Shown in pieces: positions 29,968-39,438 of a DNA stretch of 64,000 bases. The notes beneath the pieces were generated by a model that had not been told where the DNA came from, made no database searches, and saw nothing but the letters and a program-made list of their open reading frames with translations. The translations under genes and the position numbers were made by a program. Each line of letters starts with the position of its first letter. Position 1 is the stretch's first letter. The stretch is from a virus, in the IMG/VR virus record IMGVR_UViG_3300037808_001516, positions 32,001 to 96,000 of that record; one strand, 5' to 3'.

Positions 29968-30972
29968 ATGGCATTTTTGGACAATTCCGGCGATATTATT
30001 CTTGACGCCGTCTTGACAGACCTCGGAAGAAAGCGTCTGGCAGCAGGAAATTTTAGAATTTCTAAGTTCGCGTTGGGAGACGAGGAGGTTAATTATAATC
30101 TTTTTAACTCAACTGACTCTAGAGGTTCTGCATTTTACGATCTTGAAATTATGCAGACACCAGTCTTGGAGGCATTCACAAGCGACCAGTCTTTAATGAA
30201 GACAAGGTTAATGAGTTTTGCTAGAAACAATATACTTTACATGCCTATGTTAAAGATAAACAACAAGTCGGAAAATCAATCAAGCCAACCAGACAGTGCC
30301 ATTCAGGGCTTCACTCTCATGGCGGACAAAGACACTGTGACGCACGATTCTGGAAACGATAGAGGACATAAGCCCGGATTTATTAGTGGAATGATGGGAG
30401 ACTCAGCACAAACAACGACTCACATAGCGATCGATCAGGGCATCGACTCCGGTGATGACGGACTAAACATAACTCAAACTCTCGACCCAGGACTGCTTGA
30501 GACAGCATTCGTAGTAAAGGTCGACCACAGAATATTGAGACTAGAGTCTTACACTGGGGAGTCCACTTACAATACGCTTACAAATCAATTCATCGATGAC
30601 GATGCCATAGCTACATACTACATAATGCAAGGGCAAGAAGGCTCTCCGATCTTAGGACCTAGAGAAGCAGGCTTCAGAATGAGGTCTGATCTTAGAGATT
30701 CTAATACCACTGAATTGACTACTATCGGCGGCCACGAGATGTTCGCTGGCCCCCTTGGTAACGTCTTGCGCATTGTACCTAGGGTTTCCAATTCGGCTCA
30801 ACAGTCTACGTCTCTTTTCACGGAACTTGGGGCCTCGAAGACAAATCTAGCGACCCGAACCGGAGGAGCGAATATGAGCAATTACAGATACATAGATACC
30901 GTAATGAATATTACAGGTATGACCACCGGGTACTCAATTGACGTACCGATAAGAATTATAAAGAAAAGTTAA
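29968..30972 (+). CDS. Baseplate/tail-collar-like protein (N-terminal LTDLGRKRLAAG motif)
   Basis: AAGGAG SD; LDAVLTDLGRKRLAAGNFRISKFALGDEEVNY resembles the N-terminus of tail-collar fibre (DUF3751-like) domains. Confidence 0.5.
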   Translation: MAFLDNSGDIILDAVLTDLGRKRLAAGNFRISKFALGDEEVNYNLFNSTDSRGSAFYDLEIMQTPVLEAFTSDQSLMKTRLMSFARNNILYMPMLKINNKSENQSSQPDSAIQGFTLMADKDTVTHDSGNDRGHKPGFISGMMGDSAQTTTHIAIDQGIDSGDDGLNITQTLDPGLLETAFVVKVDHRILRLESYTGESTYNTLTNQFIDDDAIATYYIMQGQEGSPILGPREAGFRMRSDLRDSNTTELTTIGGHEMFAGPLGNVLRIVPRVSNSAQQSTSLFTELGASKTNLATRTGGANMSNYRYIDTVMNITGMTTGYSIDVPIRIIKKS

Positions 30973-30986
30973 ACTAGGAGATTAAA

Positions 30987-32030
30987 ATGGCAAATTCTTT
31001 TTTCAAAACACTGACATCCGCGGACCGCACTCAATCACGCACTTTGTTGCACGAGAACATTCCAATTACGGGAACACTACTATCTGGAACTTACAATACC
31101 GATTCCGCAGGAAGAGAGGTTAACGTAAAAGTTTTTTCTCACGGAATGTTTCAGTCTGTGTATGATTATCCATACGCCAGCTCTTCAGCGAATCATATCC
31201 TAGATTTAGCCGCAGGGTTCAGCACCGATGCAAGTTCGGTCTCTTCTTCTGCAACTGCAGCAGCTGCACAGGCGCCGAAGAAGGTAAACATATACAATCA
31301 AATGGCACAGGTACTGGTAGGGTATGACACGGGAAGCAACGTTCGAACATTCGATATTGATGGTAACTTCGCCGACACCGGCACTAAGCATCATGACGTA
31401 ATATTCGTAAACTTTTCTAGGCTCCTTGTTAAGGATGAAATAAAGAAGGGTAGCTTCTCCATAGTGTTAGGCACAGGCTCAGCCTATGCAACGCCTTTCA
31501 GCAACACCCTCACAGTGTCTGACACTGGAGCCGCGACTTCATACCTGTCCAACTCACCTGCAGGTGAGTACGGTTTATTGAAGAGTGGATCCACCAATGT
31601 TGGATTGGTTTACTACCAGGCAGGCGTTGCTGTCTTGACAGGGTCAGTTTTCGGAACGGGATCAAACATGACGTCCACCGGGACTAAAATAGAAGGGTTG
31701 CTGACAGGGTCTTCAATAAACGCAACCGCAGATGCAGTAAGACACAGAATACAGAATATATCCTTCAACAATACAACCGAGCTTAATTCTACAATATTCT
31801 TCTGTAGAGCTAATCACAATGAGTTTAATTACAGTTCTAATCCCACTTATTTGAGTGGGAGTAAGATTGTGGTGAAGGACAATGAGCCCCTTAATCTGCC
31901 TAGATCGTATGTGACAACTGTGGGATTATATTCTCCAGACAATGAACTTATGGCTGTAGCTAAAGTGTCTGAGCCTCTACGCAAGGATCCAACCAACGAA
32001 CTAACATTGAGAGTTCGACTGGATTACTAA
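30987..32030 (+). CDS. Baseplate/tail structural protein
   Basis: AGGAG SD; C-terminal NYSSNPTY...YVTTVGLYSPDNELMAVAKVSEPLRK...LRVRLDY, paralogous to the next gene. Confidence 0.55.
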   Translation: MANSFFKTLTSADRTQSRTLLHENIPITGTLLSGTYNTDSAGREVNVKVFSHGMFQSVYDYPYASSSANHILDLAAGFSTDASSVSSSATAAAAQAPKKVNIYNQMAQVLVGYDTGSNVRTFDIDGNFADTGTKHHDVIFVNFSRLLVKDEIKKGSFSIVLGTGSAYATPFSNTLTVSDTGAATSYLSNSPAGEYGLLKSGSTNVGLVYYQAGVAVLTGSVFGTGSNMTSTGTKIEGLLTGSSINATADAVRHRIQNISFNNTTELNSTIFFCRANHNEFNYSSNPTYLSGSKIVVKDNEPLNLPRSYVTTVGLYSPDNELMAVAKVSEPLRKDPTNELTLRVRLDY

Positions 32031-32031
32031 A

Positions 32032-33213
32032 ATGAGTTTTAAAAGGTTTCAGCAGAAAGACATAGTGAACAACACTATGGTTGCTAAACCTGAATTTAAT
32101 TTTATAGTTCACAGCGGCAGCACGTTTCTTCAGAGAGAGAGGTCCGTCGACGGCAACTTTTCCAACACAATAAAACATATAGAATCAGGTCATGTAAGTT
32201 TACACGAACTAAACATCAACAGACCTAGTGATTCATTAATCTATTCCTTTATTGAAAAAGACAGCACCAGATATTCATTCAAGACAATAACAACAACAGA
32301 ATTTGATTCTGAATCCACTTTCGGGTTTGGATCTCAAATGACATCTTCTTACCCTGTCAGCGCATCTCTAAGCAGGATATATGTACCAGCAGGTATTGAG
32401 TTTAACACAGGTGGAGTGACAGCCCACGTAAATAAGAAATACATCAGGGCTTTGAAAAACCCCATATCGTCATCAAACGTCTTGGGCCCGTCAAACAAGT
32501 ATGGATCCCTAGGCACTTCCGCGGTCAACATGATCTGCGCCCCTGGTATCTTTGCCGGGTCTGGAATCGACAAGGGCTCGATTGAACTGAACTATTATGT
32601 GACTGGAACATTGGTTGCGACTGCCAAAGATCTATATTCTGATGGAAGGATGATACAAACATACGGTTCAACAACATCCGTTGAAGTGGGAATGGTAGTT
32701 TATAACCAGGGGATTATTTTATTAACGTCTTCAACCAGCCTACATACAAGCACAGATAAGTTTTTCTCACCATCCTCAACGGCCAACCCATCTTGGTTAT
32801 CTTTCGGTACCGGTTTAAAACAGGCCGGCCTATCGCTCTCTCACGGAGATGTAGAAGACTCTTCATATTCTATAAATTTCAAGGGGACTAACAAGATACC
32901 CACACTTACAATGTTTGCATTTTCAGAAAAAGGAGAGCATAACTTTTCTAAGAATCCGACATTTTTATCAAGATCTTCAGGTGAGGTATATTTTCAGAAC
33001 AAAGAGAATTATAGAGAGAGACAGTATCAAATAAAGAAGGTGAATAAATCTCCGTATGCAGACCACCAGGAAGAATTTCAGAACGTGACTTACATTTCAA
33101 AAGTGGGCATATATGACAAAGACAAGAACCTAATAGCTATCGCCTCTCTAGCTAACCCAGTAAAGAACACTGAAAAAAGAGACTTTATGTTCAAGATGAA
33201 GATAGATTTTTAA
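32032..33213 (+). CDS. Baseplate/tail structural protein, paralog of the preceding gene
   Basis: C-terminal NFSKNPTF...YISKVGIYDKDKNLIAIASLANPVKN...FKMKIDF. Confidence 0.55.
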   Translation: MSFKRFQQKDIVNNTMVAKPEFNFIVHSGSTFLQRERSVDGNFSNTIKHIESGHVSLHELNINRPSDSLIYSFIEKDSTRYSFKTITTTEFDSESTFGFGSQMTSSYPVSASLSRIYVPAGIEFNTGGVTAHVNKKYIRALKNPISSSNVLGPSNKYGSLGTSAVNMICAPGIFAGSGIDKGSIELNYYVTGTLVATAKDLYSDGRMIQTYGSTTSVEVGMVVYNQGIILLTSSTSLHTSTDKFFSPSSTANPSWLSFGTGLKQAGLSLSHGDVEDSSYSINFKGTNKIPTLTMFAFSEKGEHNFSKNPTFLSRSSGEVYFQNKENYRERQYQIKKVNKSPYADHQEEFQNVTYISKVGIYDKDKNLIAIASLANPVKNTEKRDFMFKMKIDF

Positions 33214-33881
33214 TGGATATTCTAAAGAAGAAGATGAAGTTTTTGGCAACAAAGTTGTCCGCTTTGCAGTCCGAGTTCTCCGTCTCTAGAGAAATATTCG
33301 AATTGGCCTCACGAGAAGTTGATAGCATGTTTAAGCAGAAATACTTTCCAGAATCTTCGATGGTAGAAGAAGAAAAAAATAAGGACTTGGAAGAGTATGA
33401 CCCTGATCAGGACCAAGAACAGGAAGAAGTTAAGGCAGAACCAGCCCCGCCGGAACCTCCAAACCCAGAAGACATGCCAGAGCAACAATCAGCGCTGAAG
33501 GACGCATCTCCAGAAGTAAAAAAGATGTTTAAAAAAATAGCATCTCAGTGTCACCCGGACAAGTTGCAAGATATGGACGATGGGTTTGAAAAAACAAAAA
33601 AAGAACAACTCTACCAAAAAGCAAGACAAGCACTGGAAAACAATGATGTACTGATAATGGCAGATGTCGCCAACGAACTTGGGGTTGAGATACCTGAAAT
33701 AACCGAAACGCAACTAAAACAGACTGAACAGAAAATTATTTCTATAAAAAAAGAACTATCAATGATAGAATCAACAGCAGTGTGGCACTGGTTCTTCACA
33801 GAGGACCCCGCAAGAAAAGATGACATTTTAAAACAATTATTTCAAGTGATGTATGAAGAACAACAAAACGCTAGGTCTTGA
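33213..33881 (+). CDS. J-domain (DnaJ-like) co-chaperone
   Basis: EVKKMFKKIASQCHPDKL: basic helix II plus HPD motif, flanked by coiled-coil segments. Confidence 0.75.
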   Translation: MDILKKKMKFLATKLSALQSEFSVSREIFELASREVDSMFKQKYFPESSMVEEEKNKDLEEYDPDQDQEQEEVKAEPAPPEPPNPEDMPEQQSALKDASPEVKKMFKKIASQCHPDKLQDMDDGFEKTKKEQLYQKARQALENNDVLIMADVANELGVEIPEITETQLKQTEQKIISIKKELSMIESTAVWHWFFTEDPARKDDILKQLFQVMYEEQQNARS

Positions 33882-34398
33882 CATTTCAACTTCTATTACC
33901 GGAGCGACGGTCATGCAAGACAGTAAAATACTAGAAACAGTGTTCTGGGACACCAGAAACAAAAGAAAGTTTCCTACCTTCTATGAAAAAGCAAAGTTTA
34001 TTAAAGAAAATATCTTGACAATAAAAAAGAAACATGGTATAACTAATATATACATCGAGCAATCTTTGCAATCATTCCGCTCGGGATTCTCTTCAGCGCA
34101 GACTTTGTCGACGCTAGCCAGGTTCAACGGTGTCGTGTCGTGGTTCTGCTTTGAGATATTCGGAATCCAACCAGAAATGATTGCAGCAACATCCGCCAGA
34201 AAACAAGCAGGTGTCGGCATCAAGCGTGGCGATAATGCTAAAGAAAAGGTTTTACAATTTGTTATTGACAACTTCCCACAAATTGAGATACAATATACAA
34301 AACACGGAAATCCAAAACCGGGCACACTAGACATGTGTGATAGTATTGTAATCGCTTTAGCGGGAGATAGACTTGTCAGAGAAGCTCAAATTACTTAA
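33853..34398 (+). CDS. RuvC-like Holliday junction resolvase
   Basis: RNase H-fold acidic residues LGLDISTSITG, IYIEQ, DMCDSIVIA; ARKQAG..KEKV helix. Confidence 0.8.
   Translation: MKNNKTLGLDISTSITGATVMQDSKILETVFWDTRNKRKFPTFYEKAKFIKENILTIKKKHGITNIYIEQSLQSFRSGFSSAQTLSTLARFNGVVSWFCFEIFGIQPEMIAATSARKQAGVGIKRGDNAKEKVLQFVIDNFPQIEIQYTKHGNPKPGTLDMCDSIVIALAGDRLVREAQIT
34015..34043 (+). promoter_or_regulatory. sigma70-like promoter inside the RuvC-like gene
   Basis: TTGACA (34015-34020), 17 bp spacer, TGg-TATAAC (34038-34043). Confidence 0.4.
34265..34294 (+). promoter_or_regulatory. Second sigma70-like promoter upstream of primase
   Basis: TTGACA (34265-34270), 18 bp spacer, TACAAT (34289-34294), about 80 nt before the primase start. 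Confidence 0.4.
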
Positions 34399-35290
34399 GA
34401 AAGCTCTAGGCCACTGTTGGTCTAATGAAGATGAACACCAGTTCAGTTGTCCAAAATGTAACCATCATAAGCTAAAATTATCGGTCAACATAGATAAGGA
34501 TGTGTTCAAGTGCTGGATCTGTGACTACTCTGGAACAAAGATATCGCAACTAATTAGACAGTGTACACCAGCCTATTACGCTGACTGGAGACAGTTGGCG
34601 GGAGAACTCGACCTTGCGAAATACGACACTATATTCGCAGAGCATGTGCCTGAGCCTCCGCAAATAATAGATCTACCAGAAAATTTCCAAACACTAACAG
34701 GTAAAAAGACAAGACTCAAAAGGAGAGCCCTAGGTTATCTTTACTCTCGCGGCTTTACAGATAGAGATATTTTGACTTGGAAGATTGGTTTCTGTGATTA
34801 CGGAGAGTATCAAGACAGAGTTATCATCCCAAGTTTTGATGACGATGGTAATGTTAATTTCTTTGTGGCGAGATCATATACAGACGATTGGATGAAATAC
34901 AAAAACCCAAGAGTCAGTAAGGATATTATCTTCAATGACCTCAACATTGATTGGGATGATGATGTAATCTTGGCTGAAGGCGTGTTCGATGCAATGAAGT
35001 GTAAGAATGCCGTTCCACTGCTTGGTTCGACTCTGAGGGAAAACTCAAGACTATTCCAGAAGATATGCGATCGCAAGCCTGATGTATACTTGGCTTTGGA
35101 TGAAGATGCCAAAGGGAAAGAGTTTGGGATAGCAAACAAATTGAGAGAATACGGCATTAAAGTTATGTCCATCGATGTCAGCGGCTATTCGGACATTGGA
35201 GAGATGCCACAAGAGGTGGTAGAACAGCGAAAACAAAATGCGGATATTGTATCCGATTTAGACTATTTACATTATAAATTAGATTTTTAA
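34373..35290 (+). CDS. DNA primase (DnaG-type, Zn finger + TOPRIM)
   Basis: CPKC...CWIC zinc-binding domain, RVIIP, KYKNP, LAEGVFDAM and LALDEDA TOPRIM motifs; TTG start after GGGAG. Confidence 0.9.
   Translation: MSEKLKLLKKALGHCWSNEDEHQFSCPKCNHHKLKLSVNIDKDVFKCWICDYSGTKISQLIRQCTPAYYADWRQLAGELDLAKYDTIFAEHVPEPPQIIDLPENFQTLTGKKTRLKRRALGYLYSRGFTDRDILTWKIGFCDYGEYQDRVIIPSFDDDGNVNFFVARSYTDDWMKYKNPRVSKDIIFNDLNIDWDDDVILAEGVFDAMKCKNAVPLLGSTLRENSRLFQKICDRKPDVYLALDEDAKGKEFGIANKLREYGIKVMSIDVSGYSDIGEMPQEVVEQRKQNADIVSDLDYLHYKLDF
35262..35270 (+). promoter_or_regulatory. Putative late promoter ACTATTTAC
   Basis: At the end of the primase gene, about 32 nt before the three small leader-motif ORFs. Confidence 0.5.
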
Positions 35291-35302
35291 AGGAGTTTTA
35301 TA

Positions 35303-35533
35303 ATGAAAAAATCAGAACTGAAGAGAATGATAGCAGAAGAAGTTTCCAGAATAACCGAGTCCGCCGGCTCGGTTCGTCATGACCTAAGGTATATCAAAGA
35401 GATAATTGAAGAAATCGGCGCCAACCCCGACACCGGTCCCACCGCCCTAGACTTCCAAAATATCATGGGGCATTGCAAAAGAGCGCTGCAGCGACTAGCC
35501 GACCGGGAAAAATATCAAAATCCGGCAAAATAA
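35303..35533 (+). CDS. Small protein with MKKSELKRMIAEE leader (candidate internal head protein)
   Basis: AAGGAG SD; leader shared with 35555, 35862 and 47061. Confidence 0.65.
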   Translation: MKKSELKRMIAEEVSRITESAGSVRHDLRYIKEIIEEIGANPDTGPTALDFQNIMGHCKRALQRLADREKYQNPAK

Positions 35534-35554
35534 CAAAAAAGGAGAAAATCATAA

Positions 35555-35818
35555 ATGAACAAAACACAACTAAAAAGACTAATAAAAGAAGAAACTAAAA
35601 AAGTATTAAATGAGAGAGGAAACTCCAAACAGAATGCCATGCACAATGCAAGGAGAGCACTTGAAACAGAAGATGTTAAATGGCTAAAAGATGCACTTTT
35701 ACGTTTAATGAATGAGATGGCCGGCTTAGACCCGGAGCTAAAATTTTATCTACCAAAGAAAGAAGAGCCACAGTGTCATGATACACCATTCGGCCCGTTG
35801 TGCCCGGACGATGATTGA
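35555..35818 (+). CDS. Small protein with MNKTQLKRLIKEE leader (candidate internal head protein)
   Basis: AGGAG SD; shared leader. Confidence 0.65.
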   Translation: MNKTQLKRLIKEETKKVLNERGNSKQNAMHNARRALETEDVKWLKDALLRLMNEMAGLDPELKFYLPKKEEPQCHDTPFGPLCPDDD

Positions 35819-35861
35819 TCAAGCACGGAATAGAGTCAAAACAAGCAACAGGAGAACAATA

Positions 35862-36032
35862 ATGGAACTTACAAAAAGAAGACTAAAAGAAATAATCGCA
35901 GAAGAGATGAACCACTTAGCAGAAACAGGCGACCTCAACATGATTACCGAATCAGAAAAGAAAGCATTCGCTATCATTCTTGAGAAGCTTACACCAACTC
36001 AACTTGAGACCCTCGGCCTCAAAAGAATTTAG
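35862..36032 (+). CDS. Small protein with MELTKRRLKEIIAEE leader (56 aa)
   Basis: Start re-assigned from 35778 to ATG 35862 because AGGAG lies at 35850-35854 and the shared leader begins there. Confidence 0.65.
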   Translation: MELTKRRLKEIIAEEMNHLAETGDLNMITESEKKAFAIILEKLTPTQLETLGLKRI

Positions 36033-36061
36033 TTGACACCCCTACCAAACCCTGCTATACT
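36033..36061 (+). promoter_or_regulatory. Near-consensus sigma70 promoter with extended -10
   Basis: TTGACA (36033-36038), 17 bp spacer, TGc-TATACT (36056-36061), intergenic, 30 nt before the Mre11-Rad50 ATG. Confidence 0.8.
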
Positions 36062-36091
36062 TGTATCATAACAATTATTCACGGAGAATAA

Positions 36092-39000
36092 ATGAGATTT
36101 GCTCACATTGCGGACACCCATATCCGAAACCTAAAATACCATTTTGAATACAAAGATGTATTTCAACAACTTTATAAATCACTAAAAGAAGAAAAGGTGG
36201 ACTACATTATCCACTGCGGAGACATCGCACACACCAAGACACAAATCTCACCAGAGTTTGTGGACATGTGCAGAGACTTCTTCCAGAACCTTGCAGCCAT
36301 CGCACCAACCTACATCATCCTAGGTAATCACGACGGCAACCTTCGCAACGGTTCTAGGCAAGACGCTCTTTCCCCTATTGCAAAGGCAATCAATGACCCA
36401 AATCTCATCCTGTTAAAGAACGCCGGAGAGACAAAAATCAATGATAAGTTTTGTCTAAATGTTTTATCTGTATTTGATGAGGAAAACTGGACCGAACCAA
36501 CAGACTACAACCTAGTTAACATAGCGTTATATCACGGCGCTATTGATAAATCCAAAACAGACAGCAACTGGACACTAGGCGGCGACCATAGTATCGAAAT
36601 CTTTGAAGAGTTTGACTTTGGCTTTCTTGGGGATATTCACAAAACACAAAAGTTAGATAAGGAAGGTCGTATCTGGTATGCTGGCTCTACAGTTCAACAA
36701 AATTTTGGTGAGTCATTGGATAAAGGTTATCTACTTTGGGATATTGAAAGTAAAGACAATTTTACCAATAGACTCATTACCTTCAATAACCCAAAGCCTT
36801 TCATTACTCTTCCTCTAAGTGAGAAGGGCAATCTGCCAAGACTAAAGCCACCAGAAGGTGCACGTCTTCGTATCGTATCTGAGAGTAATGTATCTCTGGA
36901 CAAGGTTCGTAAGGCCGTCGACATTGCAAAATTTAAGTACAATCCTGAGTCGGTAACTTATCTTAACAGGGCTGCCGGTAAACAAATCAAAGTAGCAGCA
37001 CCAGAAGGTCTAGAGAAACAAGACTTACGAGACATCAAGACACAGGAAACTCTAATGGCTGAGTATCTAAAAGAATACGAGTCGACAGAAGAAGTTCTAG
37101 AGAAAGTTTATAAACTAAACAAAGAATTCAACAAGCAAATTGAAGAGAACGAAGACGTAATGAGGAATGTCAATTGGTCACTTCAGAGTTTGGAGTGGGA
37201 CAACCTATTCAACTACGCAGAAGGAAACAGGATTGACTTTACCAAATTAGAAGGTATCGTTGGTATCTTTGGGAAGAATTACTCAGGCAAGTCTTCTATT
37301 GTGGATACTTTGCTTTACTCTATGTATAACTCTACCTCGAAGTCTATTCGAAAGAACTTAAACATTATCAACCAAAACAAAGATGAATGTGTTGCCACAG
37401 CAACCATCAAGGTTGATGGAACAGACTACATCATAGAACGAAAGTCAAACAAGTACACAAAGCGCCTAAAGGGTGTAGAGACTCAGGAGGCAACGACGGA
37501 CTTAGAATTCTACTCAAAAGACGCGATGGGCAATCACACGGGACTCAACGGCACATCGAGACAAGATACTGACAAGAATGTGCGAAGATACTTCGGGACT
37601 CTACCGGACTTCCTCGCAACCTCCATGGCCTCTCAGTTGGACTCGTTGTCTTTTATCAACGAGGGTTCAACAAAAAGAAAAGAGTTTCTGGCCAAGTTCT
37701 TAGATTTGGAAATCTTTGATAAGAAGTTCAAGATGGCAAAGGAAGCTTCGGCCGAAATCAAAGCGTCTCTCAAGAGGCTCGAAGGTATCGACTTTGATGG
37801 AAACATCAAGGACATCAAATCGGAAATCACCAAGGGAGAGCTTGCAATCGAAAAGAACAAAGCAATCTGCAGCACCCTCAAAGAAGAGCTAGGAGACTTA
37901 TCACAAGCTCTAAACGACCTTCAGAATAAGATTGCATCAGTTCCAGCAGACGTCATAGACCCTGTGATGACATCACGGGCCATAGCGAACAAGCAGCAAG
38001 TGATACTACAGACCACAGCTCAGAAGACTGAGGCTCAACAGCTACTAATGGAGAACGAGACAAAATTTGAAAAGATAGACACGTTTCTCGCAGCATTCGA
38101 AGTAGATTCATACCGAAAGAAGAAAGAACTTATCGATTCTAGTTCTGAAGATCTTGAATTGTTGCTTGCTCAAATGGAGAGTGAATCTAAGAAGAAGAGT
38201 AGAAATAGAGAAAAACAAGACCTACTATCACAAGTGCCTTGCGGGTCACAATTTCCCACTTGCAAGTTCATCAAGGATGCGCACCAAGCAGTCGATTTGA
38301 TTCAGATATCTGAAAAGAAGATGAGTTCTATGTCTAAAGATATCAATTCTTTAGGAGAGAAAATTTCTTCACTGGAGCCTTTGAAGGTGGCAAGCCATCT
38401 TGATAAGTACAATCAACTGGTGGAGAAGAGAAATCAAATAGCAACAACAATCGCAAACAGCAAGCTCGTTGTTGAACGCGCAGACAGCTCCCTGTTCAAG
38501 GAGCAGGTTGAATTAGATGAGCTTAATACCAAGGCAAACTTGTACGAAGAAAACAAGGAAGCTATCGAAAACCTAAAACAACTCCTATCAGATAGAGACA
38601 ATTTGAAGGAACAGGCATTATCGAAAGAAAGGGAGCTTACATCATGCGATCAGAGAATTATGCAGCTTCATAAGAAGCACGGCTCATCAGAGCAAAAGCT
38701 GGTTCACATGCAACAACAACACAAGGAGTTTCAAGAACTAGAAGAGAACTTTGCTGCCTATCACTTGTTCATGGTTTGCTGCCATCCCAATGGTGTTTCT
38801 TATGAAATCATAAAGGAGAGGTTGCCTTACATCAACCAAGAAATCTCCAAGATCTTGACAAACATTGTAGACTTCGAGGTCTTTATCTCTAACAATGAGG
38901 ACAAGCTTGACATCTTTATCAAGCACCCAAGCCACGACCCTCGTCCATTAGAGATGGGATCTGGTGCAGAGAAGACAATCGCATCAATGGCCATTCGACT

Positions 39001-39229
39001 TGCATTTTTAACTGTGTCCAGTTTACCAAAGTCCGACCTATTTATACTTGACGAGCCGGGAACTGCTCTCGATGAAGAAAACATGGAAGGCTTTGTCCGT
39101 ATCTTAGATATGGTCAAGGGATACTTCAAGACTGTTCTTCTTATCTCACATCTCGACAGTTTAAAAGATTGTGTAGACATGCAGATAAACATCGAGAAAA
39201 AGAACGGCTATGCGCACGTAAACATTTAG
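36092..39229 (+). CDS. Fused SbcD/Mre11 nuclease - SbcC/Rad50 ATPase (gp47-gp46-like)
   Basis: Phosphoesterase motifs DTH, GDIAH, GNHD, GDIH; Walker A GKNYSGKS; coiled coil with central PCGSQFPTC; signature GSGAE; Walker B LFILDEPGTALD; H-loop LISH. Confidence 0.9.
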   Translation: MRFAHIADTHIRNLKYHFEYKDVFQQLYKSLKEEKVDYIIHCGDIAHTKTQISPEFVDMCRDFFQNLAAIAPTYIILGNHDGNLRNGSRQDALSPIAKAINDPNLILLKNAGETKINDKFCLNVLSVFDEENWTEPTDYNLVNIALYHGAIDKSKTDSNWTLGGDHSIEIFEEFDFGFLGDIHKTQKLDKEGRIWYAGSTVQQNFGESLDKGYLLWDIESKDNFTNRLITFNNPKPFITLPLSEKGNLPRLKPPEGARLRIVSESNVSLDKVRKAVDIAKFKYNPESVTYLNRAAGKQIKVAAPEGLEKQDLRDIKTQETLMAEYLKEYESTEEVLEKVYKLNKEFNKQIEENEDVMRNVNWSLQSLEWDNLFNYAEGNRIDFTKLEGIVGIFGKNYSGKSSIVDTLLYSMYNSTSKSIRKNLNIINQNKDECVATATIKVDGTDYIIERKSNKYTKRLKGVETQEATTDLEFYSKDAMGNHTGLNGTSRQDTDKNVRRYFGTLPDFLATSMASQLDSLSFINEGSTKRKEFLAKFLDLEIFDKKFKMAKEASAEIKASLKRLEGIDFDGNIKDIKSEITKGELAIEKNKAICSTLKEELGDLSQALNDLQNKIASVPADVIDPVMTSRAIANKQQVILQTTAQKTEAQQLLMENETKFEKIDTFLAAFEVDSYRKKKELIDSSSEDLELLLAQMESESKKKSRNREKQDLLSQVPCGSQFPTCKFIKDAHQAVDLIQISEKKMSSMSKDINSLGEKISSLEPLKVASHLDKYNQLVEKRNQIATTIANSKLVVERADSSLFKEQVELDELNTKANLYEENKEAIENLKQLLSDRDNLKEQALSKERELTSCDQRIMQLHKKHGSSEQKLVHMQQQHKEFQELEENFAAYHLFMVCCHPNGVSYEIIKERLPYINQEISKILTNIVDFEVFISNNEDKLDIFIKHPSHDPRPLEMGSGAEKTIASMAIRLAFLTVSSLPKSDLFILDEPGTALDEENMEGFVRILDMVKGYFKTVLLISHLDSLKDCVDMQINIEKKNGYAHVNI

Positions 39230-39237
39230 GAGGATTT

Positions 39238-39438
39238 ATGATGACAGCAATAAAAGCATGGGCAGACAAACACACGGAAAGATTTATTTCTCGCAAGTTC
39301 TTAGCGTGGCTAACAGCGACAGGGCTAGTAGCATACGGCTCAGTAACTTCTTCGGACTGGGTTTCGGTAACGTTAGCATACATTGGATCACAAGCAGCAG
39401 TCGACCTTGCCACACAGTGGAAGCACGGTAAGCAATAA
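39238..39438 (+). CDS. Putative holin
   Basis: AGGAGG SD at 39228-39233 gives a start at ATG 39238 or 39241; 65-66 aa, SRKF motif, two hydrophobic segments, basic C-terminus. Confidence 0.55.
   Translation: MMTAIKAWADKHTERFISRKFLAWLTATGLVAYGSVTSSDWVSVTLAYIGSQAAVDLATQWKHGKQ

Noticed and set aside
35778-35861. Longer N-termini given by the ORF track (also 39169, 45471, 46426)
   Set aside because: SD position and motif or overlap logic favour downstream starts at 35862, 39238, 45510 and 46459.
39238-39243. Holin dual-start (holin/antiholin) motif
   Set aside because: Two adjacent ATGs with no charged residue between them, unlike the lambda S Met-Lys-Met arrangement.
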